Assembly: GCA_011109175.1 (NCBI GenBank)
Contig: RDEW01000023.1
Location: 657,898-700,594 of the forward strand
Direction: 5' to 3'
Source of the DNA: Dicyema japonicum
Lineage: Eukaryota > Animalia > Dicyemida
DNA: 42,697 nucleotides
The first letter of the stretch is position 1. Every line of letters starts with the position of its first letter. Of this stretch, positions 36,620 through 42,697 are shown piece after piece. The notes under the pieces are model-generated. The model was given only the letters and a program-made list of their open reading frames with translations. It did not search any database and was not told where the DNA came from. A program made the position numbers and the translations under genes.

Positions 36620-37914
36620 ATAGCAAAATAGTAACCTTTAATATATATTAAAGATTTGAAATCAAATCGTTATACTAATCGACATATTTTGAAAAAATAA
36701 AACTATAGGTCTAACCTTCATCTCTTAGACAAAATTCAAAATATAATTGTATAGGCGTCGTAGATTTATTTTAGGAGGTAATTATATATAGCAAAATAGT
36801 AACCTTTAATATATATTAAAGATTTGAAATCTAATCGTTATACTAATCGACACTTTTTGCCAAAATAAAACTATAGGTCTAACCTTCATATCCTAGACAA
36901 AATTCAAAATATAATTGTATAGGCGTCGTAGATCTATTTTAAGAGGTAATTATATATTGCTAAATAGTAACCTTTAATATATATTAAAGATTTGAAATCA
37001 AACGTTATACTAATCGACACTTTTTGCAAAATAAAACTATAGGTCTAACCTTCATCTCGTAGACAAAATTCAAATTATAATTGTATAGGCGTCGTAGATT
37101 TATTTTAGGTGGTAATTATATATAGCAAAATAGTAACCTTTTATATATACTAAAGATTTGAAATCTAATCGTTATACTAATCGACACTTTTTGCCAAAAT
37201 AAAACTATCGGTCTAACCTTCATCTCGTTGACAAAATTCAAAATATAATTGTATAGGCGTCGTAGATTTATTTTAGGTGGTAATTATATATAGCAAAATA
37301 GTAACCTTTTATATATATTAAAGATTTGAAATCTAATCGTTATACTAATCGACACTTTTTGCCAAAATAAAACTATAGGTCTAACCTTCATCTCCTAGAC
37401 AAAATTCAAAATATAATTGTATAGGTGTCGTAGATTAAGTAGAGGTGGTAAGTTATATTTTGCTAAATAGTAACCTTTAATATATATTAAAGATTTGAAA
37501 TCAAATTGTTATACTAATCGACACTTTTTGCAAAAATAAAACTATAGGTCTAACCTTCATCTCATTGACAAAATTCAAAATATAATTGTATAGGTGTCGT
37601 AGATTTATTTTAGGTGGTAATTATATATTGCTAAATAGTAACCTTTAATATATATTAAAGATTTGAAATCAAATGTTATACTAATCGACACTTTTTGCAA
37701 AATAAAAATATAGGTCTAACCTTCATCTCATAGACAAAATTCAAAATATAATTGTATAGGTGTCGTAGATTAAGTGGAGCTGGTTATCATATATTTGTTA
37801 AATAGTAACCTTTAATATATATTAAAGATTTGAAATCAAATCGTTATACTAATCGACACTTTTTGCAAAAATAAAACTATAGGTCTAACCTTCATCTCAT
37901 AGACAAAATTCAAA
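36620..37914. repeat. Satellite-like tandem array, ~168-bp unit, ~7.7 copies
   Basis: Units start near 36620, 36788, 36956, 37122, 37290, 37460, 37628 and 37795. They are highly similar, with scattered substitutions and 1-2 bp indels. Confidence 0.95.
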
Positions 37915-37924
37915 AATAAGATAA

Positions 37925-38320
37925 ATGTGTTGTCAGATTGAATATGCCGCATGATTTTCCGCCTGAGATAAATTATAAGATTGACCGTCGAAGTGTGAAT
38001 AGCAAATCAGACAGAACAGGCATATTCAATTGTCGTCACAATAATTTATAGGTTGAGTTTACTGATACAAACTGCAGGTAGAATGTAGCTCTAGTGTGAA
38101 TAGCAAATCAGACAGAACAGGCATATTCAATTGTCGTCACAATAATTTATAGGTTGAGTTTACTGATACAAACTGCAGGTAGAATGTAGCTCTTCCTTAT
38201 TATAGCCTTTAGAACGTTCTACTTTCTAGCCCCCTTGTTTACACTTCCTCCGTACGATTGGAGAATGTCATTAGAGTTGCATTTTACTCAAAGGATCTTC
38301 CTTAATCACCAGGAAAAGAT
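37925..38320 (-). mobile_element. Degenerate LINE post-RT fragment
   Basis: VNKGARK*NVLKAI..TIEYACSV* matches the K..K.N.LK....IEY...W pattern. Confidence 0.45.
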
Positions 38321-40773
38321 ATTGAATTTTTTATAACCTAACTCAAAACTACTACAAAAGGAAATATGAACTTTGTTAATGAATATCTACAAACCATAAA
38401 CTTTTCAGACATGATGACATATGTGCTATAGAGGGGCGTCACCACCTCAACCAAAAATAATTGTGGTTTTTAGTCAAAAATAAAATTAAAATTGAAATTT
38501 ATATGATCAAGTTATTAAACCAAAAAACAGTGTCATAGCTAGAATGAAAAAAATTCAGGTGATCCCGGCCTCCCTCAGCAGTCTTTGTATGCTTGGACTT
38601 GAGGAAGATTCCGTCCAGGGGGAACTCCTTTAGGTGGTTGTTGACTAATGGTTATTTATGGAAATCTGGCGACACCAGAGATGGTAAACCACATGACTCA
38701 CGATAGCAATTGAAGCTAACTGAAGCCAATGGAAAAGAGGAGGAACGGAAGAATCAAACAAGTAATCTTTAATTCATGTAGCCACATAGCATCACACTAA
38801 CTTTTGCGCTATGTGGTAAAAAATCAAAAAAATTTGTAGTGTAAAGTTCCGTTAATATTTAATTTTAAAGTCGATAAAGTCAAAATTTTTATTAATTTTT
38901 TTAATGCTTAAAATTTTAAAATAAAATATTTGTCAATTGTTATGGCTCATGCAAGCAAAAAGTTAATTCATCACCAGTCTCTTTTCTAAATAGAAGTCGC
39001 TGAGAATTGAGCAGGGATTCTTTTGCTTCTGTAATGAGTTAAGAAAACCATTCAGAGATATGGTAACTCATCCAGAAGAATTCTGATCTGCCATAAAAAG
39101 TGCTCCCCAATAGAATTCCTCTGCAGACAAAAAAGAAAAAACTCCGGAGCGCAGTTGGGTCGCTGGTGAAACATTCAAGAAGAACTCGGGAGATGTTGGA
39201 GACTGGGATTACCCAATTAGTGGGTTTAACTTTTCTTTCTTGGTAGTCTTTGTGTTTAAATAAAAAAATAAATTGTTACTACTACAAAGCCGTGTTCGAT
39301 CAAGAAGGTCACTGAAAAAGTTAAGACTTATCAGAAAATATCCTGAGAATTATATGAACTCAGTTTATAGGTAGACACGATATTTACCAAAAAACAGGTA
39401 AGAAAGTACCTTGTCTAAGTTACCTTTAAGTCGGAAAAAGTTAATTGCTTTTAGAAAAGCCAATTTTAACAAGTCCCACGTTAATCTACGAGGTCCCATA
39501 AAATTTAAACTAAATATAGATAGAATTATTTTTATTAAAGTTGAAAAATAAAAATTCATTATTAATTTTTTCTTAATTAATTTATTGTGCGTGTTATTCG
39601 AGTCTAATTCAAATGACTCTTTTAAGCTGATTACTATTTCAAATTTTGTAATACAACGTGTCTTCTATAAAGGAAAAAGTACATATGCGCTTTCCCTATC
39701 ACTCTGAATACATTAAAATTTCAATTTTACCAAACATTGATACTACAATGTGTTGAGAATGTATGTACCCCCTCCCAGTTCCTGCCCCAAATGATTCAGT
39801 CTAATGCCGCAGTATGTCGACTTTATCAATAACTTGTTGGAATGGAGGACAGAAATAAAAACACTATATTCAATACAAGGAGTTTGTGAGAGCACGTCTT
39901 CGCCCAAAACTTAAGCTTGTTTCCTTTAAAATTGCCGCTATACCAATTGGACTATGTTCTAAGACACTACAAGTAACCATAATTTCAATCTCATAACTTT
40001 CAGAGGAAAATAGTCCTTCGAAAGAATGTCTATTTTTAATCACAGACTACAAAAATGTTGAGTGAAGATTAATTCATTCTTCCAAAGATAAAACTTATAT
40101 GACATGAAATAACCTCATGTCCACCCTAAGCTCACAGTCCTCCCTCACGAAGATGTAGAATACTCCTCGTGGCTAAACGCCTCTATAAGCACGCTTCTTG
40201 TGAAGATTTTTTTCAAAAGGTTTATGGATCATTATCTGATGAAGGAGCAACGAGTCCTTAATTCAATACGTTGTATTGAAAATGAGTTCGAAATTATGCT
40301 GACTGACACAAAAATAAGATGAAATCTATTCATACAAATGTAAAACTTACACAGGATACTGAGGCACATGTCTATCTTATATATAATCTCGTAATTTCTA
40401 TGTAAATCACTCATCGGATACCAACCGTTTATGTACATGATACCTATTCAAGAAATATAATGAATTGATTTGAATTTTGAGAATGAAGTTGTAAAAGAAA
40501 TTACATCAACTAGTTCTAATGTTCGGTAGGTGTTTAATTTCTTTATGGATGCTTTCTTTGATAAATTCGAAAAATGTATCATTGATTATAACAAAAATAA
40601 TAAAATTTTATGAAATTCAAATATAAAATAATAAAATTTATATTGAGGTCATCAAAATATATTCAAGTTGATAAATGGATACACCATCATTATATGCATT
40701 TTGCATTAAAAATATATTCGAAGACACTTTAATGGACAAAAATATATAAAATTAAACAGCAAATCTAAAAAAA

Positions 40774-41086
40774 ATGTTTTCCAATAGAATCCTTAATGAA
40801 CTTAAATATTTGAATTCACGTCCTGAGAAAGATCAATCTTCTACATTTTCAAGTTTTTATAGGATTCCAGAAGAAGTACAGAAGGACATTTTTTGCCTTG
40901 AATTGACTCTTGAAGATATTGAAGTTATGGACGTTGTTAAGATGATTCAATTTTATCCAAACTTATCAAATATTACAATAAGAAGGATTATTTCATCAGA
41001 AAAGAATCTTTTTCTTACATTTTTTTCAAATGAGATCAAATCATTCACATTATTGGAGTATGATGACCCAGATTTGCTACATCAGC
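40774..41086 (+). CDS. 5' part of an unknown protein (weak F-box/LRR-like), truncated by an N-gap
   Basis: ATG after an AT-rich leader and 104 open codons up to the gap. FYRIPEEVQKDIF resembles the F-box LPxExxxxIF motif, and YPNLSNITI resembles the LRR xPNLxxLxL motif. Confidence 0.45.
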
Positions 41087-41869
41087 NNNNNNNNNNNNNN
41101 NNNNNNNNNNNNNNNNNNNNNNNNNNNNNNNNNNNNNNNNNNNNNNNNNNNNNNNNNNNNNNNNNNNNNNNNNNNNNNNNNNNNNNNNNNNNNNNNNNNN
41201 NNNNNNNNNNNNNNNNNNNNNNNNNNNNNNNNNNNNNNNNNNNNNNNNNNNNNNNNNNNNNNNNNNNNNNNNNNNNNNNNNNNNNNNNNNNNNNNNNNNN
41301 NNNNNNNNNNNNNNNNNNNNNNNNNNNNNNNNNNNNNNNNNNNNNNNNNNNNNNNNNNNNNNNNNNNNNNNNNNNNNNNNNNNNNNNNNNNNNNNNNNNN
41401 NNNNNNNNNNNNNNNNNNNNNNNNNNNNNNNNNNNNNNNNNNNNNNNNNNNNNNNNNNNNNNNNNNNNNNNNNNNNNNNNNNNNNNNNNNNNNNNNNNNN
41501 NNNNNNNNNNNNNNNNNNNNNNNNNNNNNNNNNNNNNNNNNNNNNNNNNNNNNNNNNNNNNNNNNNNNNNNNNNNNNNNNNNNNNNNNNNNNNNNNNNNN
41601 NNNNNNNNNNNNNNNNNNNNNNNNNNNNNNNNNNNNNNNNNNNNNNNNNNNNNNNNNNNNNNNNNNNNNNNNNNNNNNNNNNNNNNNNNNNNNNNNNNNN
41701 NNNNNNNNNNATTACAATGTTGTTATTTTTATAATTTAGAATTATATTAATTGGCGGTAAAGTTAATTCATATTGAGTGGTCAATTTATTAATAATATCA
41801 TTTATTTATTTATTAAACCCAGATACACATAGAAAGAAGTTATGGTAAACAAATAATTAAGTGCATTTA

Positions 41870-42400
41870 ATTTCTACGTCTAAAAAAACAAGTCCACCTG
41901 GAATCAATATAAAGGTTAAAAGACGTCCATCTTGCAGTTATGGACACCCATCCAGTGGAGTGTGGGAGAGCAAATGATTATTTTTCGTGCCGGCCTGGCA
42001 CTTGGATCTACAGCATTGGGCTTAAAAATAGATTGTTCTCAACAATAGACTTATTATCCCTAAAATTTTAAACAAAAAATGATTGGTCGACTACGAGTTT
42101 TCTATCTGAGAGAATTTACTCACATTGGCTTCTCACAAGTCTAGACGCCAGTAGACTATTTTCCACAGTTGACATCTGTAAAACTTTCGACTCCGTTCCT
42201 ATGAAGGATCTTACTTCGAAAACTTTAGACGGAAATTTAAAATCTGGTCGTCTAATTTTTTAAAGGCCAGAAAGGAAGAGTCTGTCTTGCAAACATTCGA
42301 TCTGTTTCCCAGATATATCCTAGTAATTTCGCCTGATGTTATAAAGTAGGATGGCTTTGTATCCATATTCAGTAAAAAGTACATAGAAATGCTGTAAATT
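41870..42400 (+). mobile_element. Degenerate non-LTR RT fragment
   Basis: LKKNKST at the start and DICKTFDSVP (LD..KAFDSV) at ~42170-42200. Confidence 0.55.
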
Positions 42401-42697
42401 GTATATCTTTACTCAAGGCATGAAGATCTTTCTAGTAAATATTAAAAATATGGGGAATAATATTTATTTAACAACTCAAAACATCAGTAAAACCTAACTA
42501 ATTATAAAGTGATCACGATGCGTTCCAACAGTGATTTCATATATGCCAGTGTTCCTCCCTCGTGTCCTAGCATAATCGTAAAGGATAGCTCACAGTATTT
42601 ATGGGACCGCATTCATGAGTAATATGAAACAAATTCAATACTCAACTAATCCGGGAAACTGAAACGAAACATAATGAATTTTAGTTGTCATAACATA

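Noticed and set aside
36478-37914. RT fragment directly adjacent to a repeat array (CRISPR/retron/DGR-like system?)
   Set aside because: The array has no unique spacers, the RT is a 47-codon LINE fragment, and the two meet at an assembly N (36619), so the adjacency may not be real.
36620-37914. Satellite as a repetitive coding gene with micro-introns (e.g. GTAACCTTTAATATATATTAAAG is a 23-nt GT-AG segment)
   Set aside because: Unit lengths vary by 1-2 bp in the would-be exons and I found no consistent stop-free frame.

Overview
This is AT-rich eukaryotic draft-assembly DNA, not prokaryotic. It has 4 N-gaps and 3 single-N joins, and is mostly decayed transposon fragments: RTE, CR1/L2/jockey-like, CRE-like and R4-like non-LTR retroelements, plus Tigger and hAT relics. 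The supplied ORF track misses the host genes because they are cut by very short (22-27 nt) GT-AG introns. Manual splicing gives an intact 229-aa LAMP-like lysosomal membrane protein (8946-9756, minus) and a tandem pair of apparently decayed LRR receptor-like genes with about one repeat per exon (19928-21108, 21817-23097). A LAMP-like gene with micro-introns suggests a reduced animal parasite such as a dicyemid or myxozoan; this is inference only. The window also has a tRNA-headed SINE family (4 copies) whose 3' tails appear to match two different RTE 3' ends found in this same window, a ~168-bp satellite with an 18-bp palindrome, and about a dozen near-identical 90-215 bp tandem duplications that are probably assembly artefacts. 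All translations and alignments were done by eye; no database searches were run.
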